A stretch of 64,000 bases of DNA, taken from assembly GCF_006345805.1 (NCBI RefSeq), contig NC_042997.1, positions 64,294,001 to 64,358,000 on the forward strand. The letters are read 5' to 3'. Numbering within the stretch: position 1 is the stretch's first letter; each line of letters begins with the position of its first letter. A program made the position numbers and the translations under genes. The stretch is from Octopus sinensis. Its lineage: Eukaryota. Shown here piece after piece: positions 1 through 12,337 of this stretch. The notes under the pieces were generated by a model. It worked only from the letters and a program-made list of their open reading frames with translations. It ran no database searches and was not told the origin of the DNA.

Positions 1-2040
1 TCACCGAAAGACAAGCTTTCATGCCCATTTCCGGTGGATACGTGATATATTCATCTCCATGTCAACTGCAAATGGCATATGGAACGGCGGTTTTAAGCCG
101 GAGAGACCTGAATCTCAAGATAAGGACTATCTTTCTGAATCCAGAAGGTAAGTTAATAGTTCAGGATGTGAGCAGTAGCGACGAGCATGCCTTTAAATTG
201 GTGGCTGTTTATGATCTGACAGGCCCAGAACAGATGGACATTTGCCGACGCCTAGAGATTTTCCTAAACATTTTTCGTCCCTTAGCGAACTGGAACGCTG
301 TCTTAGATCCACGTTTAGACCGTGTGGTGATAGCGGGTAGAAGAGGGGGTGGAAAAGCCTCGCAAACCTGCTCAGTCCTTTTCAGCTGTCTGGCAGATAC
401 TGGCTGGATTTCCCGAATGTTCTAATATGGACCTGGTCTAACCACCTCGGGTCATCCAGGTCGTATCTACATAGACCAATATATAAGGATGGTATAAGTT
501 GCCCACTTTATAAAAATTGTCGGCTACACAGACCACAAATTAGGTCAACTGAGAATCAGTAAGCGGTTACTGGTGGCTCAATGCGACTCTCCGGCGTGTC
601 AAACGCACAGAGACAAGATTTGCGAATTAGTTAACCGAGGGGTCAATCCTCAGTTACAGATGGTCTTATGCCCTGAAAAGAGCAATTAGAATAGAATTGA
701 TTAAGTTTAACAACGCACTAGCAATAGAGAAAAATAGAATAAAAGGAAACCTAGATAGGAACTAAGAAGATGCGCTCAGGAGAGCATTGTAACTGACTTG
801 CCAAGCACGTGGATTGAATTGTCAGAACTGAAGCAGGTGCTCTAAAAAACGAGGGAACGAAAGCTGGTTGGTGGGCCCGAGTGGCAGTTGCTCAATGTGG
901 CAACAAAGCTACAATTCGGTCTTTGGTGTACTTAATTGTGCGTACGGTATTTGACCCCGAGTAGATATGTGCGGCGTTTAAGCGGTACTTCACACAGCTA
1001 TTTGGGACGAATGGCGGTCCGGAACGCAGGATGGATTTAGTGCCTACCTCGATGGCATGCCACGACTCACGACAAGAGGGGTGAGGCGTTCCGAAGTGCT
1101 GATAACGATCAGGAAATACAGGATGGACTTCATGCTGAGCAAATCACTTATCTTGGATCTACGAGCTTTGCTATTATGTAACGGACTTGTTTGGCGGCCT
1201 TTTAGCATATGTCTACAGCAACTAGCAGCATAACATGAGAATTCCTATTTCTGTGCACTGCGTAACGGTTGCACCACTGAGAAAATATTTTCGGCCCATA
1301 ACGTTCTGAATGATGACTTCAAAGCTTAGGCCAAAGTGCTAGCGAAGAGATTGACGCTTGTCGTCGAGGAACTGATTGGATATGCGCAAACGTGTACTAT
1401 CCCCAGAGGATTCATTCAAGACAATCTCCAACACATGCGACACATAATAGATATGGTGGGTAATGAAACTGGTATGGATGGAGATTAGTTCAATTTGGAT
1501 CAATCTCAAACCTTTTGAAAGGATAGACAAGCAATACATGGCGGACGGTTTCGCTCCAGTTCCCCGCTGCTGGATTGCACCTATGTACATCTGCATCTGC
1601 CCGGTATTTCGGGAGAATTATTACCTATCAGAAACGTTCAGCGTTACCAGCTCGGTCCGTCAGGGTCTTCCCTCTCCTCTCTCCCGTATATATTGGCTCT
1701 AGAGTCACTGCAGCAAAAATTGGAGATGTTGAGCGGCATCCCACAAGGACTAAGACGTGGGAGAACCGTGTCAACTTACGGGGACCTGAAGGGCACTGCT
1801 CTATAAGAATATGAGGCTGTGACAGTAGCAAAAATTAACCAGGAAAAGTCAGTTGCCTGCAACTTGGCAACTGAAGAAGAAGGTCCTTGCCATTCCAACA
1901 GCGTCGTGGAACTCTAAACGGAAGGACTGCTCAAACTGCAAGGGTCCTGGTTCAGTCCAGATCTCCAGGTACAAAATAACTGAGAAGAGGTGGCGAGTAG
2001 GTTGGCCAACTTCACACAGAAATGGACTGAGATAAAGATA
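1..2040 (+). mobile_element. Degenerate Tx1/L1-clade LINE fragment (APE endonuclease plus RT), running off the window start
   Basis: ORF 21-425 carries APE-like motifs (GKLIVQDV...FKLVAVYD...NWNAVLDPRLDRV, resembling GDFNxVLDxxLDR). Downstream frames give RT motifs NLKPFERIDKQYM (resembling DQSKAFDRVDH), WIAPMY and SVRQGLPSPLSRIY (resembling SVRQGCPLSPLLY). Many stops and frameshifts. Confidence 0.8.
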
Positions 2041-2149
2041 CGGATCATATATGCAGAGGTTTTGAATCTACTTATCAGTCAATTGTTCAAACGCATTTGA
2101 GTTCAGTTCGTCACGTTGCCATTGAGTTTTGTATTAACTTCAGGATATT

Positions 2150-4186
2150 ATGGGAGACCTTAAGCAACGTAAAGCATTCAATAATCCACTAATGTGGGAC
2201 CATATCATATGCTTTCGTGTAGTCCACCCATAACATCGAAATTTTTTTGTGTTTCTTCTTCCAGTCACCCAGGATAGTCTTATCTTGTAGTAATTGACCC
2301 TTCGTTCCTCTCCTCTTACGTTTACACCCCTTTTGTTCCCTTGGTAGTAGGTCGTTTTCATCTAGGTACTTATAGATGCTGTTCGATTAGATATGATGGC
2401 CGTCATCAGTTTTCACATCGGGGGCAAACAAGATATTGGACGGAAACACCCAACCGCATTCCCACTACCTGGGTGCTTCTGGCATAGTACCGTCCTTCAT
2501 TTTGTCATCCAGGCCGGTACTTGGATGTCACTACTCAGTATTTCTTCCAGCCTTTCTCCCGTGAAGAGCTGTAATGTTTTTAAGACAAAAGTCATCAACC
2601 CCCAACTGGGCCAGGCGCTTTCCAGAATTTTCCAGCAGTTTTTCTAATCATCTCGATTATTCTCAGATCCTCCTATTGATACTCTCCACACTACTCTTTC
2701 AGTGCTTTAACCACGCTGCTTCAGTTTAGTGTTGCTTCTCCTGAGACCATATGTTTGCGCAGAATCGTTTGATTTCTTCAGCATCTGGCCGGCTTTTTCG
2801 CCATTTTCTTTCCCATCTACTTCTGGAGAGACTTGTTTCTGATTTTGTTCGAAAAATTTGTTTAATCTGTATTGCTCAATTCTCTGATCATATCTCTTTA
2901 GTTTATATGCTTTAGCTTTCAACCACGGCTTTAATTCGTCAATAACACCATTGATTCCTTTCTCTTCACACTATACTTCCTCTCTGGCTCAACATATTAT
3001 CTTGCAGAGCTTCATCTCTTTTTTGCCGTTCCAGAATATTCATATGTTTTCTGATCTCGTTAACAGACTGCGTTATTCTCCTTTTCCACCATGGTTCCTG
3101 CAGGTTATGTTGACATTTACCTTTGGCTTTCAAACCTCACTTCCGGGCTATAAAGATCGAGATTGCATTTATCAGATTGTTGGTGTCTGTGATGTTGTCA
3201 GTCCTGTATCATCAGTGATATCATTTATTTTCCTGACGCATTCATTGGGTTTCTTTCTACTTTTTTAAACCCCATATAAAAGCTCTGTTCACCCGATGTC
3301 CAAATATCAATGATTCCATTCAAAATGAATATCTATTCCTCGGTTCTCTCATGGCTTTCCTGATCAATAATCCTATCCTCATGCTTGTTTTCTCCTTCCA
3401 ACTCTAATGCCGTATTTTAACTATCTGCATTCTCTTCCTCACCCGTCCGTTCACTGTTGGTCTTACTATCCATAAGCACCCGCCTCTTAATGCTTTCTAG
3501 TTCAACTGGAGATAACCATTCATTCTTTCTGATGGCTCTAGCTTGGTCACACAGATTTTTGTTCACTTAGTTCAAACAAGCCTCTGTCGGTCCATACCCT
3601 GAGCATTCTTTTCCTATATCCTCTATAGAGTACTTCATTATTATTTCTCGAATTACCCACAAAGTAGCACCCCATTAGAGCCACATTCATTTATTTCGTC
3701 CTCCTTCTTTTAGCAGTACCTTGATGAGGACTAGGTCCACGCTACTCAGTTTTGGTTACCCGCTGGGTGAGAAACCTCCACAAGTGGTTCCAGCTTCATA
3801 CATGCCATTCTCATTTCTATTTTTATTTGGCATTTCAGCATTCACGATGAGGGTTAGTGAAATTTATGTTGCACAACCACCAGTATTTTCTCCGTAACAC
3901 TGATAGGATCTCCACCCGAGGATATAGGATTCCTGTAATCCTGGTTTACTTTTGGAGTTTCGGTCTCCTAAACGGAATGTTCAGGCGTCATGATTCCTTC
4001 TGCCTCTTAGTTCTATACTATGTTGATGGCTGTTGCCTCGTATGAGTTCATTAGCCTTTATACAGGTCTTGTTTGTCTTCCAGTAGCGTTTCAAAATAGC
4101 AAGCTCTGCGGGGCTGAAGCTTTAGTCGCCGACGTCCCGACCATGAAAGGAGGGGGGTAGATACGAAGGAAGAAAGGGAAAAGAAT

Positions 4187-4190
<4 letters not shown>
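2150..4190 (-). mobile_element. R4/Dong-clade LINE, 5' half (5' UTR, N-terminal domain, start of RT), degenerate
   Basis: Minus-strand translation gives MGCYFVGNSR...RGYRKRMLRVWTDRGLFELSEQK/LCDQARAIRKNEWLSPVELE, AKAYKLKRYDQRIEQYRLNKFFEQNQKQ and QVPAWMTK*RTVLCQK...FRPISCLP. The 5' end abuts an (AAT)n tract on the element strand. Confidence 0.85.
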
Positions 4191-4385
<195 letters not shown>

Positions 4386-4387
4386 AT

Positions 4388-4595
4388 AAGCCGGTCAGAA
4401 GTGAGTCATAAGGACGCAGGGCAAAATGTTTAGCAGCATACGGTTTATCTGCATGTTCTGATATCATTTTCCACCCAAGTTGACTGTACCTTTCATACCT
4501 TGCAGGGTTTATAAAATAAGTACCAGCTGAATACTAGCGTCGATTTAATCAACTTATACTTTCCCTGAAATTACTGAATTTGTCCTAAAATATGA
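4388..4595 (+). mobile_element. Octopus-type tRNA-derived SINE, family A (diverged)
   Basis: Shares the GCAAAATG-TTAGC...GTTGACT-TGCCTTTCAT...ATAAAATAAGTACCAG...GTCGATTTAATC body with many other copies in this window. Confidence 0.7.
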
Positions 4596-4865
4596 AATTC
4601 TTTATAAGGATCATTATAATCATAAAAATAATTACTATCAAATTTTGGAACAAGCCCAGCATTTCTGGTGAGTATATAAGTCGAATACATAGACCCCAGT
4701 GCTCAACCGGTACTTATTCCATCAAACCCATAAAAATAAAAGATAAAGTCCTCCTCGGCAGAATTTGAACTAAGAATGCAAAGATGAACGATATGAAACT
4801 GGTTCAACGTGCTAAAACATATTATTTGTGTTGTTAATAACAGCAAGAATGAGAAGAATGACTTT

Positions 4866-5022
4866 CTCTTCTTCTTCTTCTTCTTCTTCTTCTTCTTCTT
4901 CTTCTTCTTCTTCTTCTCTTCTTCTTCTTCTTTTCTTCTTCTTCTTCTTCTTCCCCTTTTTCTTCTTCCCCTTCTTCTTCTTCCCCTTCTTCTTCTTCTT
5001 CTTCCCCTTGTTGTTGTTGTTG

Positions 5023-5061
<39 letters not shown>

Positions 5062-5109
5062 TATTATTATTAATATTATTATTATTATCATTATTATTAT
5101 TATTATTAA

Positions 5110-5180
<71 letters not shown>
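4866..5180. repeat. Compound (CTT)n-(GTT)n-(ATT)n microsatellite
   Basis: Directly visible; explains ORFs 4703-5197, 4809-5219 and 4828-5073. Confidence 0.98.
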
Positions 5181-5181
<1 letters not shown>

Positions 5182-7309
5182 TCACACTAACATTCATAAT
5201 TTCTCACCCTGGCATCTAGCCAGAAATTTTGTAACCAATATTTATTTTTTCGTCTATCCTAATCATTCATACTTCATTCTTGCCTCGAAATAACTAACTA
5301 CATTTACTTATATTAGCGCCATTTACCCCTATACAATATTGAAATAATATAAAGAAAACATACAAAAAATTCGCATCGTTGGATTATTGACCATTTTACG
5401 CTACGTTTTACAAAGAAGCTGTAATTACAAGTCATTTTCTTGTAACCTTTAATCAAATTGACCTTAGATATTTTCGCAACATTTGACATATATTGATCTA
5501 AGATTATGATTGCTACTTATAGTTAGACAGAATGGATAGTTTACACACATAATATAGGGCACAAGTTCATGTTTGTTTGTATTTATTGACATGATCATAT
5601 TTTTAACATAAATTCCCTTTTAGAACCTAACTGTTGAAATGAGATGAACTACCCATTTTGGAAAGTTTGAACACGAAACAATGAATATCCTGAAGTCTTA
5701 GACTCGTGTTTTGAGGTTTTTGTCAATTTCAGAAACAGTTGAGTTGTATTAAATAGCTAGTGAACTATTTGTGAAAGAATCTGTGACATAGATTCGATTG
5801 TTTTCTCAACCCTTTTAAAGTCCGATTTCCAAATGCATACCTTTAAAATATATTTATATAGCAAATTGTACCGTTAACAGGCTTGGCTGATTCTTCTTAT
5901 TACTGTCCCTTTAGTTGAAGTTTATTTTCAGAGGAGATAACACTCTCCAAAAAATGTCCGAATAGCCTTCACTAGAAGTAAGGTATACGTGAAATGTTCT
6001 GATATTAATTCCTTTTGTGTTCGGTTTTATGGTATAAGTTCAGTAAACTACCACTTAACGATTGCCTTTTTTGGTAATATTCAGTGCGAAATGGTCTTTG
6101 TTATAATCTACTACTAAATTACTCCTGGAAGCAGTTGCTTGAGTGCATTACACTTTCTTGCGTGGATTCTCTGAATTTATAAATTTAAAATGTGTATTTG
6201 AATTGATGTGATCAAATATCTCCTTCCTCTTTGTACTTTTTTTAAATTTCCGATTTTCAGTCTCCTCAGTTGGCTCATCGATGTCGTACAGCATCTCTTC
6301 AGAACACCATCAATATCATGATTATTATTATCCAAAGCATTATCATTGCCATGTGTATATTATCACTAGCATGTGTATATTAACACTATCCTGTGTATAT
6401 TATTAAGCATAATTTTTTGACAGTAGGTTCAGGCTTGTACAAACTGAAATATTATTTTTTGTTTTACACACAGATATAAATTTCTTTAATACATTAGTTG
6501 AATCATGCATTTGTTAAATTGGCAGTGTATCGATGGACGGTTTGATGTGAGTAAGTACGTAATCCTATGTAGCAATTAATTATAGTGCTAAGACTACGGA
6601 TTATTGCTATTACATTCGGATGCTTATTCTATATTAGTGACAGTTATGACTTAGTTTTCGAGAAAGTGGCAAGTATCTCAATCAATATCGGTGTTTATAG
6701 ATTTAGCTTTGTTGATTGTAATACATTCCTGTTGCAGTGAATGGATAAATCCAATTAAAGTTCTGTTTTGTTCTGTGAAACTTTTAGTATTTACATGTTT
6801 GATTGAGTATCCTCTCTGAAACTTTTACTCAGTCGCTATCAGGATGGTGTTTTTTAACACTTGTATTTTAATGACAATCGGATAATACCATTGGTGATAC
6901 TAATGATTTTACACTCCTCCGGTAGAGTACCTTTCAAAGGACTGATCAGGTACGTACACTTTGTGTACAGAAACTTTTGTGCTTTTTAAAAGATTTCCTT
7001 TGTCTGAAGCAAAACATCCGCCAGTGATGGTGTCGCATTAATTGTTTGCGTGTCAATTACATGAATATAAATTGAGTATCAATTATATAAATATAAATAA
7101 AGTGCTAGAGAAGGTTTAATAGAAAATGTGCATTAATGACAATATACTAAGTCACTATGGATAACATTTGTTATCATTATGACCATTTCAGTATAGATAA
7201 CAAATTCTTCATAGGTCGTATTTACTGTTCAATCACCGGAAATCAATACAATAAGGTACCGTTCAAGTACTCGGTTGTTTCGATCGATTAATTTCTTCAA
7301 TCAACATGC

Positions 7310-7480
7310 TTGGCGCCATATCGTCTGTCTTTACGTTCTGTGTTCAAATACCGTCGCGGTCAACTTTCCTTTTCAGCGTTTCAGAGTCGAGCAATTAAAT
7401 ACCAGTGAAACACTGAGAAAGATGTAACCGACTAGACCTCTCTCACCAAATTGGAGGCCTTGTGCCTCCAATAAAAAGAA
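7310..7480 (+). mobile_element. SINE family A copy (diverged)
   Basis: GTCTTTACGTTCTG-GTTCAAAT (B-box-like), GGTCAACTTT-CCTTT, AAATACCAGT, GGCCTTGTGCC tail. Confidence 0.7.
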
Positions 7481-7487
7481 GTATTAA

Positions 7488-7543
<56 letters not shown>

Positions 7544-7559
7544 TATTATTATTATTATT

Positions 7560-7596
<37 letters not shown>

Positions 7597-7650
7597 GTAA
7601 TAATAATATTATCATTATTGTTATTATTGTTATTATTATTATTATTATTA

Positions 7651-8163
7651 TTTAGTGTCTTTGCACAACTTCTAACGATGGAAATGTACTACGATCCCAG
7701 CTGTTCACTACCAGTTAACTAAAGTAACATCCCTTATTTTCGAGGACCACCCGCAGTATTCGATGGGTTCAAAGCCGTACTGTTTCTGCAATTCCCCCAC
7801 CCTTTTTGCAGCCCCTATTTCTTCCATGATCTTCTCAACACTTTTTCTCACTATTCCCAGGATTCGACTACAACTGCGTAACCTCCCAAGCTAACCTGTC
7901 ATATTTATCGACTTTTCTTTCTTCCTTACCGCATACCTTGTTGTCAGCTGGACAAGCTATATGATTAATCCAGCATCTTTTGCTTTCTTTCTCAATTAAG
8001 ACTATGCCTGGCTTCTTATTCTCTATCTCATGGTCGCACTGAATCAGAAAATCCCATAGGCTCTTTTCATTATAATTTTCGAGTTTAGGTTCGTACCACT
8101 TTTTTGCTCTGTGAAGTCCATACTTGTTGCAAAGTGTTCAATGGACAATCCTTGCTAGTGATT
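7651..8163 (-). mobile_element. R4/Dong LINE 3' end (restriction-like endonuclease region), copy 1
   Basis: Minus strand reads HWxLCNKYGLHRAKKWYEP...SLWDFLIQCDHEIENKKPGIVLIEKESKRCWI...ACPADNKV...KVDKYDRLAWEV, followed by a (TAA)n tail. Confidence 0.85.
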
Positions 8164-8331
8164 CTTCTTCTTCTTCTTCTTCTTCTTCTTCTTCTTCTTC
8201 TTCTTCTTCTTCTTCTTCTTCTTCTTCTTCTTCTAATTCTTCTTCTTCTTCTTCTTCTTCTTGCTGTTGTTGTTGTTGTTATTATTATTATTATTATTAT
8301 TATTTTATTATTATTATTATTATTAATAATA

Positions 8332-8366
<35 letters not shown>

Positions 8367-8423
8367 GTAATAATAATATTATCATTATTGTTATTATTGT
8401 TATTATTATTATTATTATTATTA

Positions 8424-8936
8424 TTTAGTGTCTTTGCACAACTTCTAACGATGGAAATGTACTACGATCCCAGCTGTTCACTACCAGTTAACTAAAGTAA
8501 CATCCCTTATTTTCGAGGACCACCCGCAGTATTCGATGGGTTCAAAGCCGTACTGTTTCTGCAATTCCCCCACCCTTTTTGCAGCCCCTATTTCTTCCAT
8601 GATCTTCTCAACACTTTTTCTCACTATTCCCAGGATTCGACTACAACTGCGTAACCTCCCAAGCTAACCTGTCATATTTATCGACTTTTCTTTCTTCCTT
8701 ACCGCATACCTTGTTGTCAGCTGGACAAGCTATATGATTAATCCAGCATCTTTTGCTTTCTTTCTCAATTAAGACTATGCCTGGCTTCTTATTCTCTATC
8801 TCATGGTCGCACTGAATCAGAAAATCCCATAGGCTCTTTTCATTATAATTTTCGAGTTTAGGTTCGTACCACTTTTTTGCTCTGTGAAGTCCATACTTGT
8901 TGCAAAGTGTTCAATGGACAATCCTTGCTAGTGATT
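8424..8936 (-). mobile_element. R4/Dong LINE 3' end, copy 2 (tandem duplicate of 7651-8163)
   Basis: Identical by eye to 7651-8163, offset by 773 bp. Confidence 0.85.
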
Positions 8937-9127
8937 CTTCTTCTTCTTCTTCTTCTTCTTCTTCTCTTCTTCTTCTTCTTCTTCTTCTTCTTCTTCTTCT
9001 TCTTCTCTTCTTCTTCTTCTTCTTCTTCTTCTTCTTCTTCTTCTTCTTCTAATTCTTCTTCTTCTTCTTCTTCTTCTTCTAATTCTTCTTCTTCTTCTTC
9101 TTCTTCTTCTTCTTGCTGTTGTTGTTG

Positions 9128-9203
<76 letters not shown>

Positions 9204-9240
9204 ATCATCAGCAGCAGCATCATCATTATTATTATTATTA

Positions 9241-9585
9241 TCAGTTTCTCTTCATCACAGGTTTTGTTGGCGCTCTTACATGCATAGCGGGCTTACTACC
9301 AGCAATCTACGGTACCATGCCATTCGTTCTTTTCAGCTATCTGAAACTCTCCTGATGATTCTTGCCGTGCCAAGGAGGCGAACCTTTTGTAATAGTTTTC
9401 CTGGGTATTCTATTCCGATTTCTTTTATATTCCTCTTGATGCCTTCTGATACTGTTCCCAAAGACCCAACTATAATTGGCGAAATAATATTCACGTTCTT
9501 CATTTTCCATAGCCGGGCTATTTCGTACTTAAGAGGGTTGTATCTTTCTAACTCTTCACGGCGTTTCTTCTTGACTATTCGGGGC

Positions 9586-9590
<5 letters not shown>
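9241..9590 (-). mobile_element. R4/Dong LINE extreme 3' end, different subfamily
   Basis: Minus strand reads LERYNPLKYEIARLWKMKNVNIISPIIVGSLGTV...LLQKVRLLGTARIIRRVSDS*, then a short UTR and (TAA)n. Confidence 0.85.
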
Positions 9591-9651
<61 letters not shown>

Positions 9652-11725
9652 GGTCTCCGTAGAATAAATAGTATTTCACTTAGATGTTTATTCATATTAT
9701 ATTAATATTATTCTCAAACTCAAGACCAAATTTAGCAAACAAGAAACGACATTAGAATTATCCGAATATGTGAAACTGACATTTATCCTATGTCACAAAC
9801 AGGATTATTATACTGAAATGTATTGAATGTTTCAAATAAAGCACGACTAAAAATGAACAAGTAAGTCAAGTGTCACAAATAAAAAGAAAACGAACAACTT
9901 GAAATAATAGCTACTGTGAGGAAACAAGGAACATTGCATATTAATAAATCAAACTGCCAAAACTAGTAATAAAATGACAATTGGCCTGCCAGGCTAAATG
10001 ATGAATGTTGTAGCGTTAGTTCGATGTGAGCAGGTTATGAAAGCAATGTAACAAATACTTCAGAAGTGGTATGCTTTCAAAGCCCGTGTCGTAATTATAT
10101 CACCTGAAACAAAGCAAAATTTAAAAAGAACTTTTCACCAAAAGTGCAATACACTGTAGCATTACATTCCCATTAAAAACCAACGCCATATCTAACATTC
10201 ATGAAAAATGGAACGGCATTCCTTCTGAGCGATAGAAAAAGAAGAAGAAAAAAAACAGAATTGAGAACCGACATGAATTTAAGCAAACTAGAATTTAGGC
10301 AGGTTTATCATAACAGTGACATGATCTTAAACATCGAAAGGGAACAAATCATACAAATAATAAACTGAAAATAAAATAAACCGACAGAATTCACATAAAA
10401 GTTAAGCTATAACAAACCGATGGACATATTACATCATAAATTATGATATATAGAATATCTAAAGCTTTGCAAAAGAATGGAAACATAGCAATAAAATGAA
10501 CATCGATACAATATATGGACCTCCAAAACGTGGAAACTGCTGCAGAATCAACAAAACATAAAAAGGAGCGGTCATTACAGCAAAATAAAAACTGAACCAA
10601 AGATAAAAGAAACATAATCTAAAATATTAATGCAGATTATAGAAAACCTTGTGGATATATTAAACAAAACCGAATACACTACTACAACAAATTTGCACCT
10701 TCATTCTCACGCATAACAAACTGAATAAGGACCTATATCATTTCATGACAACATAATATAACAGTGTGAACAAAACTGTCAGAAGCAATAAAGGAGACAT
10801 AAGGAGAACAGATGAAAACGATATCAATGAATGTTCCTGAACCCTTGCTAAGTTAAACTCGAACTTCATGGTCAATGAATAATTCTGTTGACGGAAGTGA
10901 ATTACACGAAAATTGATGACTACATTTTGCAATAAACTTGATGTTAGTCCAAGATAGTACCAAGGCTTCCACAAAAGCCTAAGAAAATGAACAAAAACTA
11001 AAAATACAACATGAAATCGAGATAAGAAAAGAAAAATAGGCGGAACTTAAAACGTGCATCTGACATGAAATAGAACAAAATACATGTACTGACGGGTATA
11101 ATCTATCAAAGCAAAATAGCGCACTTCTGACAGTAAAGTAAGATTTAGCCTATCATAAACTGAATACAAGATACGATGCATTATACAGGTGAATATATAC
11201 AGATAAGAGGCATTATACAGGCTACTCAAGTTTAAGCTCAAAAACGAGTTCACTTAGAAAGAATATTAATTTCGTCTCTTCAGTGATACTAAACCTCTGA
11301 TTAGAAGTTAAAGTATATACGAAATAAAGCTTGAAATAAACATGTTAAGCAAAATAACGATATAAATGGATACAAAACTTATTATGTGACTAATACGCTA
11401 TTAGACATAGTGTGAATCTATCTGGTGTCCATACCTGATGACAAACATTCCAATGTTTTTCAACCATCAGTAATTACAAAAGGAAAGATTTGTATTACTC
11501 AGAAAGAATGAAACAATGACTAATTAAAAAAAAAAAAAACTTACAAACTACATAGACGTTTAGGAGAAACACAGGGAACTCAATGGTTCGAGACAAGGAT
11601 TATAGTAAAACCATTTGTGCTTTTGCTTTTTGCCTTGATTTCTCTCGACTTCTTAAGTTGAAGCATTGCCCCTACATTAGAAAACATAATTAATGTTGAA
11701 AAGGCGCAGGCATAGCTTTAAGCAT

Positions 11726-11893
11726 AGGCGCGGATGTGTCGTAAGAAGCTTACTTCCCAACCACATGATTCTAAGTTCAGTTCCACTGCGTGACATGACA
11801 TCTTGGGCGAGTGTCTTCTATTATAGCCCCGATCCGACCAAAGCCTTGTGAGCACATGTGCTAGACAGAAACTGAAAAAAGACAGTTATGTAT
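11726..11893 (+). mobile_element. SINE family B, 5' half (tRNA-like head)
   Basis: Matches the 5' half of the more intact copy at 49840-50260 (CCAACCACATG...GTTCAGT-CCACTGCGTG...CTTGGGC-AGTGTCTT...CCGACCAAAGCCTTGTGAG...GAAACTGAAA). Confidence 0.8.
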
Positions 11894-12075
11894 ATACGAC
11901 TGGGTGCTGAAAAGTACCTGGATTTAAGGGCAACATGGAAGGCCTGCCTGGAGGCCTAAACTTCCGAGTTCATTTACAGGGCTTAGAAAACTGTAAGACC
12001 GCTGCAATATGGGTGTGAATCTCAAAGAGGAATATGTTGAATAGTATCATAATTAACTGATCCTCCTTTTTTCTA
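11894..12075 (+). mobile_element. Tc1/mariner-derived non-autonomous remnant (one TIR)
   Basis: Starts TA|CGACTGGGTGCTGAAAAGT (mariner-type TIR at a TA). Contains GTGTGAATCTCAAAGAGGAATATGTTGAATAG, resembling the mariner C-terminus CVxxxGxYVE*. Confidence 0.55.
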
Positions 12076-12076
12076 C

Positions 12077-12117
<41 letters not shown>

Positions 12118-12239
12118 TCAGCCGAAATTGCGAGGATGATCCGGTTCTTGACTGAGGATAAAACGCTTCGAATGACGACCCGTCTTTGTTTTGTGTATCA
12201 TCTATCTGGATGTTTTGTTGCCCTTTTTTGCATCACCTA

Positions 12240-12274
12240 GTTGTCCGGATATTTTGCGTTCTTGTCCCAATTTG

Positions 12275-12337
<63 letters not shown>

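Noticed and set aside
4110-4165. HDV-like ribozyme at the Dong 5' end (CC-TCCTTTCAT-GG...ACTAA)
   Set aside because: No P1 or P2 5' partners are visible upstream and L3 is degenerate.
6148-6309. Protein-like 53-codon minus-strand frame (EEMLYDIDEPTEETENRKFKK)
   Set aside because: It is short, bounded by stops, has no splice signals and has no recognisable motif.
12140-12185. CTGAGGA...GAAT hammerhead-like string
   Set aside because: No stem II pairing and no GAAA.
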